Of a stretch of 38,523 bases of DNA, positions 18,505-27,725 are shown one piece after another. How positions within the stretch are numbered: the first letter of the stretch is position 1; the number at the start of each line of letters is the position of its first letter. The stretch is taken from assembly GCA_037917625.1 (NCBI GenBank), contig JAVCBY010000035.1:1-38523 (forward strand), written 5' to 3'. A program made the translations under genes and the position numbers. Source of the stretch: Thermoproteota archaeon. Its GTDB lineage: Archaea; Korarchaeota; Korarchaeia; Korarchaeales; Korarchaeaceae. The notes beneath the pieces were generated by a model, which was not told where the DNA came from, ran no database searches, and saw only the letters and a list, made by a program, of their open reading frames with translations.

Positions 18505-19257
18505 CTAAGCGAGGAGACCTCCCTTTATATTTAAATGGTGATCAGTTATCGATGATGATACTTCCTTATCAATTCCTCTAATCTCTCTAATAGTATCTAT
18601 AGCTTCAGGGACTGCTGAAAAGATCCCATAGAGGGAAAAGATGTTAATCTCACTACCATCCTTCGATTGCTCGATGGATCTCAGGAATAAAATGATGGAG
18701 AATAGAGTGTACCTCCTGAAGAAAGGGTAGTAAATGCATAACTCATTCAGATCGACCTCACGATTTATCGAACTCATCCTCCTAGCGGATATTAGATGGT
18801 CCCTCAGTGTCTCTAAGCTGAGCCTCTCCGACAACTCGAGCTCGAGCATAGCTGGTCTAAAGAATGGACAGCAGTATATATCGGAGACCCACCTAATCCT
18901 CAATTTACTTATGGGTATGTCAGATAATCTCGAGAGGATGATATCCCCCGGATTCAGCTGAATCCCAGTGCCCTCAAATGTCAACTTAATGCTCAACTCA
19001 TTAGGATCATATTCCATCAGAAAATCTATACCCTCAAGGAAATCCTCCAAGAATCCCTGTACCTTTATTCCCCTCTCCTTGAAATATTCAAAGCCAGATT
19101 CACTGCAGAATAAATTAGCCGTCTCAGATAAATCCTTGGAAATTGGAGTGGGCTTATGGGAGTAAAGGCCCCTCACATCTATATCCGGCTGGCTCCTCAG
19201 GGCATCCATTAGGTGAGCGGCATAAGGATCTTGCCCTATGATCCCTATCCTTATCAT
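18505..19257 (-). CDS. Degenerate archaeal-type GAPDH homolog lacking catalytic motifs
   Basis: The termini resemble class II GAPDH (DALRSQPDIDVRGL, FKERGIKVQGFLEDFLEGIDFL, SAVPEAIDTIREI). There is no GxGxxG and no SCNT. It overlaps the pgk stop (ATGA). Confidence 0.75.
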   Translation of the reverse strand: MIRIGIIGQDPYAAHLMDALRSQPDIDVRGLYSHKPTPISKDLSETANLFCSESGFEYFKERGIKVQGFLEDFLEGIDFLMEYDPNELSIKLTFEGTGIQLNPGDIILSRLSDIPISKLRIRWVSDIYCCPFFRPAMLELELSERLSLETLRDHLISARRMSSINREVDLNELCIYYPFFRRYTLFSIILFLRSIEQSKDGSEINIFSLYGIFSAVPEAIDTIREIRGIDKEVSSSITDHHLNIKGGLLA

Positions 19258-20468
19258 CTAGATGAGCTCTCCCTCAAAGCATCGACAGCGGGCAATGGGA
19301 GGCCAGCGAGACCGTACATCACAGCCCCACCAGCTGTGTAGACTTTGCTCCCCTTCACCCCTACCATCTCGGCTGCTGCGCTGAGATGCCCTCCACAGAG
19401 GACGGATTCTTTAGCATATTTTTCCATTGCGCTGACTATCTCAAGGGTCCCTCTCCTAGATTCTGGCTTCTCGAATATTCCCATGGGTCCATTGGCTATA
19501 GCTATATCTACGCCCTTCAGCTTCTCCTTGTATAACTCTATCGTACCGACGCCTATATCTATTATCTCAGCGTTCTCAGGGATCGCGTATACTGGGAAGT
19601 TCTCGATCTTACCATCCTCTAACCTCACTAAGAAATCAACTGGATAGAAGATTCTACCAGAAGCTTCATTCAAGATCTCCCTAGCTGCTGGGAGTAGGAG
19701 ATCCAAGTCCTTCATCTTCCTAATCTTCCCGTTCAGCTTATGACCAGCTGCTAGAGCTAAAAGCATGCCGACGAGCCCTCCAGTCAGGACTTCAGCTGCC
19801 TTATTGTTCCTGATAGCGTGTACCATTACTTTCAGCTTATCCGGGACCTTAGCACCTCCCAATATTAGGACCCTCCTCCCCTTTATAGAATCCAGCTCCA
19901 TCATCTCATTCAGCATTTTCTGCATGTTCCTCCCAGCTGCAGAGGGCAGGAGGTACGGGAAAGCGACTAAAGAAGGTTGGCTCCTATGGGCGGCTTGAAA
20001 CGCATCGTTAACATAAGCATCAAATAGGGGAGCTAACCTCTGAACTAGATGAGTCTTTATTAAATCTTTTGGATCTCCCTCTATGTTCTCCTCAGCCATA
20101 AATCTCAAATTCTCGAGCATAATAACATCTCCCTTCTTCATCTTCTTTATCCTTTCCCTTACATCACTTGAGAAGACACCATCCACGTATTCCACATCTA
20201 TGCCAAGTTCCTTAGAGAGCTCCACTGCATGGGGCTCCGTAGTTATGAAGTCACTGCTCCCAGGCCTCCCTTGATGAGTTCCAACGACTACAGAAGCCTC
20301 CCTCTCAATTAGCTCCTTTAAAGTCTTAGCAGCTTGCTTTATCTTCTCAATTTCCATTATTTCACCGTTCTCTCCTATTGGGACGTTCATATCTGCTCTT
20401 AAAAAGACCTTCTTGTTCTCTACATGGAGATCATCGAGGGTAGGTACCCTTCTAGTCTTCATGAGCAT
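19254..20468 (-). CDS. pgk: Phosphoglycerate kinase
   Basis: LRADMNVP, HQGRPG, LENLRF, NDAFQAAHRSQPS, LGGAKVPDK, NGPMGIFE, archaeal-type GGHL. Confidence 0.96.
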   Translation of the reverse strand: MLMKTRRVPTLDDLHVENKKVFLRADMNVPIGENGEIMEIEKIKQAAKTLKELIEREASVVVGTHQGRPGSSDFITTEPHAVELSKELGIDVEYVDGVFSSDVRERIKKMKKGDVIMLENLRFMAEENIEGDPKDLIKTHLVQRLAPLFDAYVNDAFQAAHRSQPSLVAFPYLLPSAAGRNMQKMLNEMMELDSIKGRRVLILGGAKVPDKLKVMVHAIRNNKAAEVLTGGLVGMLLALAAGHKLNGKIRKMKDLDLLLPAAREILNEASGRIFYPVDFLVRLEDGKIENFPVYAIPENAEIIDIGVGTIELYKEKLKGVDIAIANGPMGIFEKPESRRGTLEIVSAMEKYAKESVLCGGHLSAAAEMVGVKGSKVYTAGGAVMYGLAGLPLPAVDALRESSSR

Positions 20469-20550
20469 CCCTCACTCGAGACTAGTGAAAATTAAATTTT
20501 TATCTTTTTAGGGAGGAGAGCTCGCTACATGACGGAAAATTTTTTAACAA

Positions 20551-21363
20551 TCATTTCAGGTACTCGGAGAGAGCATCCTTACATGGGCATTCCCTCTGCT
20601 TAGGTATCCTTCTTATAGTTTCCTCAATAATTCTAGATATATCTTGGATTTTCCTTGAAAATATCTCAATCACTTCTTCTTGTGTCAGTTTAACTGCTCC
20701 TAATACTCCTGCTGCATAATTAGTGACTACCGAGATGCTCGCATAACAGATAGCGAGTTCTCTAGCTAGGGAAGCTTCCGGGCACCCTGTCATTCCGACT
20801 ATATCTCCCCCAAGCACTGAAAATGCTCTAATTTCGGCAGGAGTCTCAAACCTGTTCCCCTCAGTGCAAACGTAGACTCCTCCATCTCTGACCCTCAAGC
20901 CCATATGCTCCGCAGCTTCAATTATAGAAGCCCTTATCTCAGGACAGTACGTGTATGGAGTCATTGAAACGTGTACTACACCGCTTACTTCCCTCCCTCT
21001 GACCTTAATTGTGGTCTCTCCGTCATAAAACGTCAAATCCCTGCATTTAGTCATATCTATGAAGTCATGAGGTACGACTATCGTTCCTGGCTCAAGAGAC
21101 GGATTTATCGATCCTACTGCATTTGTGGCGATTATCCTCTCCACCCCAAGCATGTTAAGGGCGTAAAGATTTGCCTTATAGTTCACTTTATAGGGAGGAA
21201 GCTTGTGCGAGGCCCCATGCCTCGGTATGAAAGCGACCTCCTCACCAGCTAACTCACCGAGTTGGACATCGCAATGGCCGAAGGGCGTATCTAATCTCAA
21301 TATTTTAGGGTTTTCCAGGAGCCTATAGAGGCCGCTCCCACCTATTATGCCTACTCTCACCAT
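20551..21363 (-). CDS. MTAP-family purine nucleoside phosphorylase (probably 6-oxopurine/MTI-specific)
   Basis: GIIGGSG, PRHGASH, NYKANLYAL, AVGSI, EGNRFETPAE, VGMTGCPEASLARE, VVTNYAAG. Confidence 0.9.
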   Translation of the reverse strand: MVRVGIIGGSGLYRLLENPKILRLDTPFGHCDVQLGELAGEEVAFIPRHGASHKLPPYKVNYKANLYALNMLGVERIIATNAVGSINPSLEPGTIVVPHDFIDMTKCRDLTFYDGETTIKVRGREVSGVVHVSMTPYTYCPEIRASIIEAAEHMGLRVRDGGVYVCTEGNRFETPAEIRAFSVLGGDIVGMTGCPEASLARELAICYASISVVTNYAAGVLGAVKLTQEEVIEIFSRKIQDISRIIEETIRRIPKQRECPCKDALSEYLK

Positions 21364-21400
21364 AATGATCCCTCGATATACCCTCATCATTAGTGGTAAT

Positions 21401-21408
21401 TTTTATAA
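21401..21408 (+). promoter_or_regulatory. TATA box in the divergent phosphorylase/thermosome intergenic region
   Basis: TTTTATAA about 53-60 nt upstream of the thermosome ATG, whose leader has a GGGGGTG SD. It could also serve the divergent gene. Confidence 0.55.
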
Positions 21409-21460
21409 CTCATGCGCGTAAGTACCCGCGCCTAGAGCAAAGTTCTGAGGGGGTGTAATT

Positions 21461-23125
21461 ATGGCCCTAGCCACAGTCGGTGGGAGACCAGTCCTGATAT
21501 TGAAGGAGGGAACTACGAGGACGAGAGGAGATGAAGCTAGAAGGATAAATATAATGGCTGCGAGAGCAATAGCGGACGCTGTTAAGACAACGCTCGGTCC
21601 TAAGGGAATGGATAAGATGATAGTGGATTCGATCGGTGATATAACTGTTAGCAATGATGGAGCCACGATACTGCAGGAGATGGAAGTCGCCCATCCAGCT
21701 GCGAAGCTGATGGTAAACCTAGCCAAAGCTCAGGATAAGGAGGTAGGGGATGGGACAACAACTAGCGTAGTTCTCGCTGGAGAACTCTTGATAGAGGCTG
21801 AGTCGCTACTGCAGAAGGATATACATCCGACCGTCATAGTTGAGGGGTATGAGAGGGCTCTGAAGTTCGTGGAGCGGGAGCTGGAGAAGCTCGCTATAAA
21901 CGTCAACCCTGATGATGAGGAATGGCTCATGAAGGTCGCTGAGACAGCTATGAGCAGCAAGCTCGTGAGCGGTGAGAAGAGGAAGTTAGCTGAGATAGCT
22001 GTTAAGGCTGTTAAAGCTGTTGAGGAGATGAAAGGGGATAAGAGGTACGTAGACATAGATAACGTGAAGATAGTGAAGAAGAAGGGCAAGAGCCTAGCTG
22101 AGACGGAGTTCGTCAAGGGCATAATATTGGACAAGGAAGTCGTGCATGGGGACATGCCGAAGAGCGTGAAGAACGCTAAGATAGCGATTCTAAATGTACC
22201 GCTTGAGATAAAGAAGCCCGAGATAGACATGGAGATCCAGATATCATCTCCGCAAGAGCTGAGGGAATTCATAGAGCAAGAGACCAAGATCCTCAGGGAG
22301 AAGGTAGAGAAAATACATTCTGTGGGCGCTAATGTTGTGTTCTGTCAGAAGGGAATAGATGAAGTAGCTCAACACTTCCTAGCGAAGTATGGTATAATGG
22401 CAGTCAGGAGGGTAAGCGAGAAAGATATGCAGAGGCTAGAGAAGGCTACTGGAGGGAAAATAGTCAACAACTTAGATGACTTAACTGAGAACGAACTTGG
22501 AAGAGCTGGTCTTGTTGAGGAGAGGAAGATAGGAGATGATAAGATGATATTCATCGAGGAGTGCGAGAACCCGAGGGCTGTAACGATATTACTGAGGGCT
22601 GGAGCCGATACGATACTGGATGAAGCTGAGAGAGGGCTCAAGGATGCCCTATACGTCATAAGGAATGTAGTTGAGGATGGGAAAGTATTCTATGGAGGTG
22701 GCTCCGTACAGGAGGAGCTAGCTATAAGGCTGAGGGAGTACGCTCACTCAGAGAAAGGAAAGGAGCAGCTTGCAATGGAGGCCTTCGCTAACGCTTTAGA
22801 GAGCATTCCCAGGATATTAGCTGAGAACGCTGGTATGGATGCTGTGGATGCTATAGTCGAGCTGAGGAACGCTCACAAGTCAGGGAAGATATCTGCAGGA
22901 ATAGATGTCCTTAACGGTAAGGTCGGCGATATGGCCGAGCTCGGAGTCGTCGATACTTACAGGGGAGTGAAGAACGCTATAGCTGCAGCGACTGAGACAG
23001 CCATCCTGATAATAAAGACTGACGATATAATAGCTGCCAAGCCGTACGAGGAGAAGGGGAAGGAGAAGGGCAAGGGCGGAGAGGAAGAGGAGGGTGGCGG
23101 TGAGTTTAAATCTGAGTTCGACTGA
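21461..23125 (+). CDS. ths: Thermosome (group II chaperonin) subunit
   Basis: TTLGPKGMDKM, SNDGATIL, EVGDGTTT, FCQKGIDE, acidic C-terminal tail. Alpha versus beta is not determinable. Confidence 0.98.
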   Translation: MALATVGGRPVLILKEGTTRTRGDEARRINIMAARAIADAVKTTLGPKGMDKMIVDSIGDITVSNDGATILQEMEVAHPAAKLMVNLAKAQDKEVGDGTTTSVVLAGELLIEAESLLQKDIHPTVIVEGYERALKFVERELEKLAINVNPDDEEWLMKVAETAMSSKLVSGEKRKLAEIAVKAVKAVEEMKGDKRYVDIDNVKIVKKKGKSLAETEFVKGIILDKEVVHGDMPKSVKNAKIAILNVPLEIKKPEIDMEIQISSPQELREFIEQETKILREKVEKIHSVGANVVFCQKGIDEVAQHFLAKYGIMAVRRVSEKDMQRLEKATGGKIVNNLDDLTENELGRAGLVEERKIGDDKMIFIEECENPRAVTILLRAGADTILDEAERGLKDALYVIRNVVEDGKVFYGGGSVQEELAIRLREYAHSEKGKEQLAMEAFANALESIPRILAENAGMDAVDAIVELRNAHKSGKISAGIDVLNGKVGDMAELGVVDTYRGVKNAIAAATETAILIIKTDDIIAAKPYEEKGKEKGKGGEEEEGGGEFKSEFD

Positions 23126-23140
23126 TGGCCCCCGATAGGA

Positions 23141-24025
23141 ATGAAATGGATAGATAGGGAAGCTGGTAAGATCCTCGGGATAAATGCCTTCGATCTTTTT
23201 TTATTACTCATAATTTTGTGTGCTGGCGGCTATTATGCTTATGAGAACTTAGTTCCACCGCCTCAAGAGGTCAGCTCATTCTCCGGGTTGAACATAAGGA
23301 ATGCAGCTCTAGAGTACAGCAGACTCTCAGGTTTAGGTTATCTAGTTTACGCTAGGGTGGACGGAACTTGGACTATGAACGGCACAGGGCTTCATGATGA
23401 TATCTTGATAACTTGGGCTTATGAGACTAGGCTCATCGGATGGTATAAAGGGAGCAGGGTCACTATAGGGGGGCCTAATGCATACGTTGAGGATATCGCT
23501 GCTACACAAATAACATTCAAGACGGCTACGCCTTCCGTAATAAGGATTTACGTGAGTCAGATAAATGGGAGCACACTATCTGAAATATCGGGTAAGCTAG
23601 AGGAGATTTCGAGGGATGTAGCTGGAAGATATGGTGTGGGCACTGTTCTGATAAGATCGTCCCTCGTCATAAGCGTCCCTGGGTTTAAGCCAAATGCTTT
23701 CACTTATAGCGAGCTCAGGAATAAGATATATAGTAGGGTACCTTGGGGCTACCCGTATTTCTCCTTAGGGGATTCTTACATAACGATTATATTTGATTAC
23801 ACTCAGAGGAACTTCCTCACTACAGATGATCTGAGGACGATAGACTCCATACTGAGGGAACTGAACATCAGTTACAGTGGTGCGATTCTTTACGATGGAT
23901 ATGTCTTCATAGGGACTGAGAGGCCCCTGACCGGTGTCTCAGTATATGCTGAGCTCTTAGAGAACGCTAGGAAGTACTCGAATATAATAGATCTATCGAA
24001 GCTGACATATATCGTTAAGCCATGA
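23141..24025 (+). CDS. Hypothetical protein with a single N-terminal membrane anchor
   Basis: 294 aa. GKILGINAFDLFLLLIILCAGGYYAY anchor followed by a soluble domain. 1 nt from the next gene. Confidence 0.8.
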   Translation: MKWIDREAGKILGINAFDLFLLLIILCAGGYYAYENLVPPPQEVSSFSGLNIRNAALEYSRLSGLGYLVYARVDGTWTMNGTGLHDDILITWAYETRLIGWYKGSRVTIGGPNAYVEDIAATQITFKTATPSVIRIYVSQINGSTLSEISGKLEEISRDVAGRYGVGTVLIRSSLVISVPGFKPNAFTYSELRNKIYSRVPWGYPYFSLGDSYITIIFDYTQRNFLTTDDLRTIDSILRELNISYSGAILYDGYVFIGTERPLTGVSVYAELLENARKYSNIIDLSKLTYIVKP

Positions 24026-24467
24026 GGTGCTCCATTTGATCCTCTCGATACTGATCAGGTCTATTAAGAGCTCTCTGATAGGGAGAAAGCTGACTAGATT
24101 AAGGCCCTCAATAATAAAGGAGAGCTTCACATACAGGGCTCTAATTTCAATTTATAAAATCCTAAGCGAGTCTTATGATAGATCCTTCCTCATGAGGACA
24201 TCTAGGAGGCTCTGCTACTCAATCCCGGGTAAAGATAAATTCCAAAAATTTCAATTTAAGGAAGGAAGTTTAATAAAAAGAGCATTGGATGTCTTTCTAT
24301 CACCATTTATCCTCCCCATAGGCTTCCTATTCTTCTTCATGATTTCCTTAGTTAGGGTGTGTGAGGGAACGGTCCTCCTGCTCTTCCTCACTGTGATATC
24401 GATGCTCCTAGGGATAGCTTTAGCTAGGGCTGAGGAGGAAATGGAGGTGATAGACGCAAGGGAATTC

Positions 24468-24995
24468 GTCCTCTTCCTCGGGGTCTCGATGTTCCTCATA
24501 GGTTACGCTGCTTTCATCGTCCAGATAGCGAATGTAGGTGGGATCCCCCTACTGGATGAGCAAGTGAGAAGGAAACTCTCAGCAGAGCTGAATTACCTCT
24601 CATGGACGACGGTCCCAGGTGCAGCTTTCATACTCTCCTCATCAAAGGTAAGGAGGTGCGAGGCCATAATATTCTCCATAATAGGGTTCATACCCTCCCT
24701 TCTACTCGCGCTTGCAGAAGGGAGGGTATGAACCCTATTATGGAGAATATTATGTCCTCTTCCTCGGGGTCTCGATGTTCCTCATAGGTTACGCTGCTTT
24801 CATCGTCCAGATAGCGAATGTAGGTGGGATCCCCCTACTGGATGAGCAAGTGAGAAGGAAACTCTCAGCAGAGCTGAATTACCTCTCATGGACGACGGTC
24901 CCAGGTGCAGCTTTCATACTCTCCTCATCAAAGGTAAGGAGGTGCGAGGCCATAATATTCTCCATAATAGGGTTCATACCCTCCCTTCTACTCGC
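24468..24995 (+). repeat. 242-bp direct repeat (24468-24709 and 24754-24995)
   Basis: Both copies run from GTCCTCTTCCTCGGGG to CCTTCTACTCGC with an offset of 286; no mismatch seen. Confidence 0.95.
24665..24754. repeat. 39-bp perfect inverted repeat with a 12-nt loop
   Basis: CATAATATTCTCCATAATAGGGTTCATACCCTCCCTTCT (24665-24703) and its reverse complement (24716-24754). Confidence 0.95.
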
Positions 24996-25610
24996 TTTCA
25001 GGACGGAGATGATAGCATACATATTAGCGGTCCTCCTCGTATTATACAATAGGAAGCTGATAGGATTAGGATTCATAACAACTGCTTTCATAATGTTGAT
25101 AATATCCTTCATAGGGGTCGGGGCGTTCAGATCTATAGCGACAGGATTGGTCCAGAACCCGATAATCTCGGTCCTCTACAGGCCCACCATAACTGTAGCA
25201 GCTCTAGATACTATCGTTAGGCTCTATGCCTTCAGACCCGTCACGAATGGCTACATTCATCTCGCTGCGATCTCCTCCCTCAAACTCATAAGCGGACCTA
25301 GATACGGACCCAGGAACCTCATAGGCAGGTACACCTTAGGGAGGACCGACGTATCTACGACAGCTACTCTCATAGGGGGGCCCCTCTTAGATTGGGGGAT
25401 CTTAGGGGTCTTGGCATCCTCCCTCATATACTCCTACATGTTGACATTATCCCACAGGTTCTCCAGGAAGAGTGAAGCGCTCCTAGGTCCTTACGCAGTC
25501 ATATATTCATACTTAGTCGTGGGGATCGAGACGGGAATTCTGGATCTCAACGTCTACATCTACCTTTTAATCTCAATCCTCATCGTAATATTCTCACTGA
25601 GGCCTAAAAG

Positions 25611-26759
25611 ATGAAGGCTCAAGAGATAATAATCCACCCTTCCTCAGGAATTTCCATAATTTTAGCCTCTATAATGATTCTCGGCTCAGTTAAATTCGGT
25701 TTATCTTATCAGTGGCTCCTCGCCTCACTCTCCGGCCTAGCTTCATTCACATTAGGCGTTACTTTAGCGAACCGCTTGAGCATCAAGTTCTTGATCATCT
25801 CCTCAGAGGCAGCACTCTTTACTATAATATCCTTCTCATTTTTAAAGATAGCAGGGTATTACGCGTTCATAATCTCATTTTTATGGCTGATAGTTGCAAA
25901 CATCTCCTCGTTACTCATCGGAACGAAGGAAATGAGGGTACCGATATACTCAATCCCCATATTCATCCTAGGCGCATCTCTAGTCATTTACTCTTACCTC
26001 AGGATCCCCAATATCGCTGAGCTGAGGGCCTCGCCCAGCGTACCGATTGAGGGAGCGTTCGGGATGTTCTTAATCTTCATATCATATCCAAGTATCTTCT
26101 CCTGGCTTTTAGAATCAAATTCGCTTTATGCAGCATTATTCTCAATAGCTAGCATATCCCTAATGCTCCTTCATGGCTTCAGAGCGGACGCTATTCTAGT
26201 GATACTCTCGACGTTCCTCCTGGTATGGAGGAGGAGTAAAAGTCTCTCATACCTCCTCTTGTTATCTGTCCTGCTCCTCTACATAGGAGTGGATGTGATT
26301 AGAACTAAGCTAGCGATATCAGCTATTGAGAGACCTATCTTCCGACTCAGCACGACTTATTATTACTCTAAAGAGCTAGCATCATATTTTCTCAAGCTAA
26401 TGCCTATAGAGCCATTCTGGCTCACCTCTATACCACTGCATCAATCTCAGACGATAGGAAGGGGGATCTTCGGCAAGGATTTCGGGATAACCCCAACGAT
26501 ATTCATTGGGATGCTCATGGACCTCGGCTTCATCGGGATGCTGCTCCTATCCTTCCTCATAGGCTCAGCAATCGGTCATTCCCATAGGGAGTTCATCTCA
26601 AGGGGTGATGAATTCTCATACCCCATAATCTGGCCCATTATAATAACTAGGACGGAGATAGGGCTGACTCAGCTCGACCTCGCCCTCATATTCGGGTCCA
26701 CTATATTCTCCCTCTTGCTTAACTTTTTTAATGGATCGCGTAACTTGAGAGGAGGGTAG
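25611..26759 (+). CDS. Second Wzy-like polytopic membrane protein
   Basis: Many TM segments. HGFRA and GITPTIFIGMLMDLGFIG parallel the motifs of the upstream gene. ATGA overlap with it. Confidence 0.65.
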   Translation: MKAQEIIIHPSSGISIILASIMILGSVKFGLSYQWLLASLSGLASFTLGVTLANRLSIKFLIISSEAALFTIISFSFLKIAGYYAFIISFLWLIVANISSLLIGTKEMRVPIYSIPIFILGASLVIYSYLRIPNIAELRASPSVPIEGAFGMFLIFISYPSIFSWLLESNSLYAALFSIASISLMLLHGFRADAILVILSTFLLVWRRSKSLSYLLLLSVLLLYIGVDVIRTKLAISAIERPIFRLSTTYYYSKELASYFLKLMPIEPFWLTSIPLHQSQTIGRGIFGKDFGITPTIFIGMLMDLGFIGMLLLSFLIGSAIGHSHREFISRGDEFSYPIIWPIIITRTEIGLTQLDLALIFGSTIFSLLLNFFNGSRNLRGG

Positions 26760-26763
26760 GAGA

Positions 26764-27168
26764 ATGCCGTACTACTACCACGGTCCCGTGATGCCCGGGG
26801 GCAGGAAGCCGACGGGTGGAAAGATAAGAGTCAGTAGAGGGAAGAGGAAGAGAGAGGCAGGAAGGCATCCAGCTTTCACGACGATAGGTGAGAGGAGACT
26901 CAAGCTAGTGAGGATAAGGGGAGGAGGGATAAAACTGAGACTCATATCAGGTAATGAAGTGAACGTAGCGGTAGGAGGTGGTGTGACGAAGAGAGCTAAG
27001 ATATTGGGCTTCATTGAGAATCCATCGGATAAGACGTTGAGTAGAAGAGGCATAATAACTAAGGGAGCTTTGGTTAAGACTGACTTGGGGATAGTGAGGA
27101 TCACATCGAGGGCAGGTCAGCACGGTCTACTTAACGGAGTTTTAGTGAGGGAGGAAGTTGCATCGTAG
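26764..27168 (+). CDS. rps8e: 30S ribosomal protein S8e
   Basis: RKPTGGK, KRKREAGR, RIRGGGIKLRL, RRGIITKGALVKT, TSRAGQHGLLNGVL. Confidence 0.97.
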   Translation: MPYYYHGPVMPGGRKPTGGKIRVSRGKRKREAGRHPAFTTIGERRLKLVRIRGGGIKLRLISGNEVNVAVGGGVTKRAKILGFIENPSDKTLSRRGIITKGALVKTDLGIVRITSRAGQHGLLNGVLVREEVAS

Positions 27169-27472
27169 GGAGAGGAAGGTGATCTACCCATCTTACTTCG
27201 ACTCCAGATTGAGTAGGAATGATGGGAGGAGGGTTCCGAGGAGTCTGGCTGTGAGGGGGCCGACGCTTCAAGACCTCATAAATGCCCTCAAATCCCTCTC
27301 AATGAGTTTCGATGTGGAGAAGGATAAGGGGAGACCATCCAGATGGTATAAGTTCGAAGGGCGCGTTTTAGTCAATTATGAGGGGAGAAAGGAGGAGCTC
27401 CTCAAGATACTGGCTAAGGAGATGGTGAGGCAGAGGCGTGAGATTTCTGGGGGAAGTGGTCAAGGTAACTAG
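27158..27472 (+). CDS. srp19: Signal recognition particle protein SRP19
   Basis: VIYPSYFDSRLSRNDGRRVPRSLAV, PSRW..GRVLV; conserved position after rps8e. Confidence 0.95.
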   Translation: MHRRERKVIYPSYFDSRLSRNDGRRVPRSLAVRGPTLQDLINALKSLSMSFDVEKDKGRPSRWYKFEGRVLVNYEGRKEELLKILAKEMVRQRREISGGSGQGN

Positions 27473-27725
27473 GTCAAGGAACTTTCTCGTGAGACTGAGA
27501 CCACCCTTAAAGGAGGATTTAAAGGGTTTTAGGGTGCTACTTGAAGATTTATCCTTGGTAGGGATCGTAAGTGATATAATAGGGCCCGTTCACGAGCCCT
27601 ATGCTCTCGTCAAGATACTGATCCCCCTGGAGAGGGCTAAGGATCTCATAGGTAAGAGGGTGTATCTCGCGGAGAGGGGTGATGAGAGGATCTTGAGACG
27701 CGGAGAAGATCGCGTATTCTATTGA
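27438..27725 (+). CDS. gar1: H/ACA RNP protein Gar1
   Basis: MRFLGEV, VGIVSDIIGPVHEPYALVK; conserved rps8e-srp19-gar1 synteny. Confidence 0.88.
   Translation: MRFLGEVVKVTRSRNFLVRLRPPLKEDLKGFRVLLEDLSLVGIVSDIIGPVHEPYALVKILIPLERAKDLIGKRVYLAERGDERILRRGEDRVFY

Larger units (their letters stand above)
24027..25614 (+). pseudogene. Wzy-like (putative oligosaccharide repeat unit polymerase) membrane protein, split by an internal duplication
   Basis: ORFs 24027-24731 and 24712-25614 share an identical block. Removing 286 bp restores one 433-aa ORF with GGIPLL, AFRT and TATLIGGPLLDWGILG motifs. It may be intact in vivo. Confidence 0.7.

Noticed and set aside
23050-23102. Purine-rich low-complexity run
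   Set aside because: It encodes the normal charged C-terminal tail of the thermosome.
24665-24754. 39-bp hairpin as a MITE, terminator or CRISPR unit
   Set aside because: The arms are copies of the gene's own coding sequence. There is no target-site duplication or spacer array; the duplication junction explains it.
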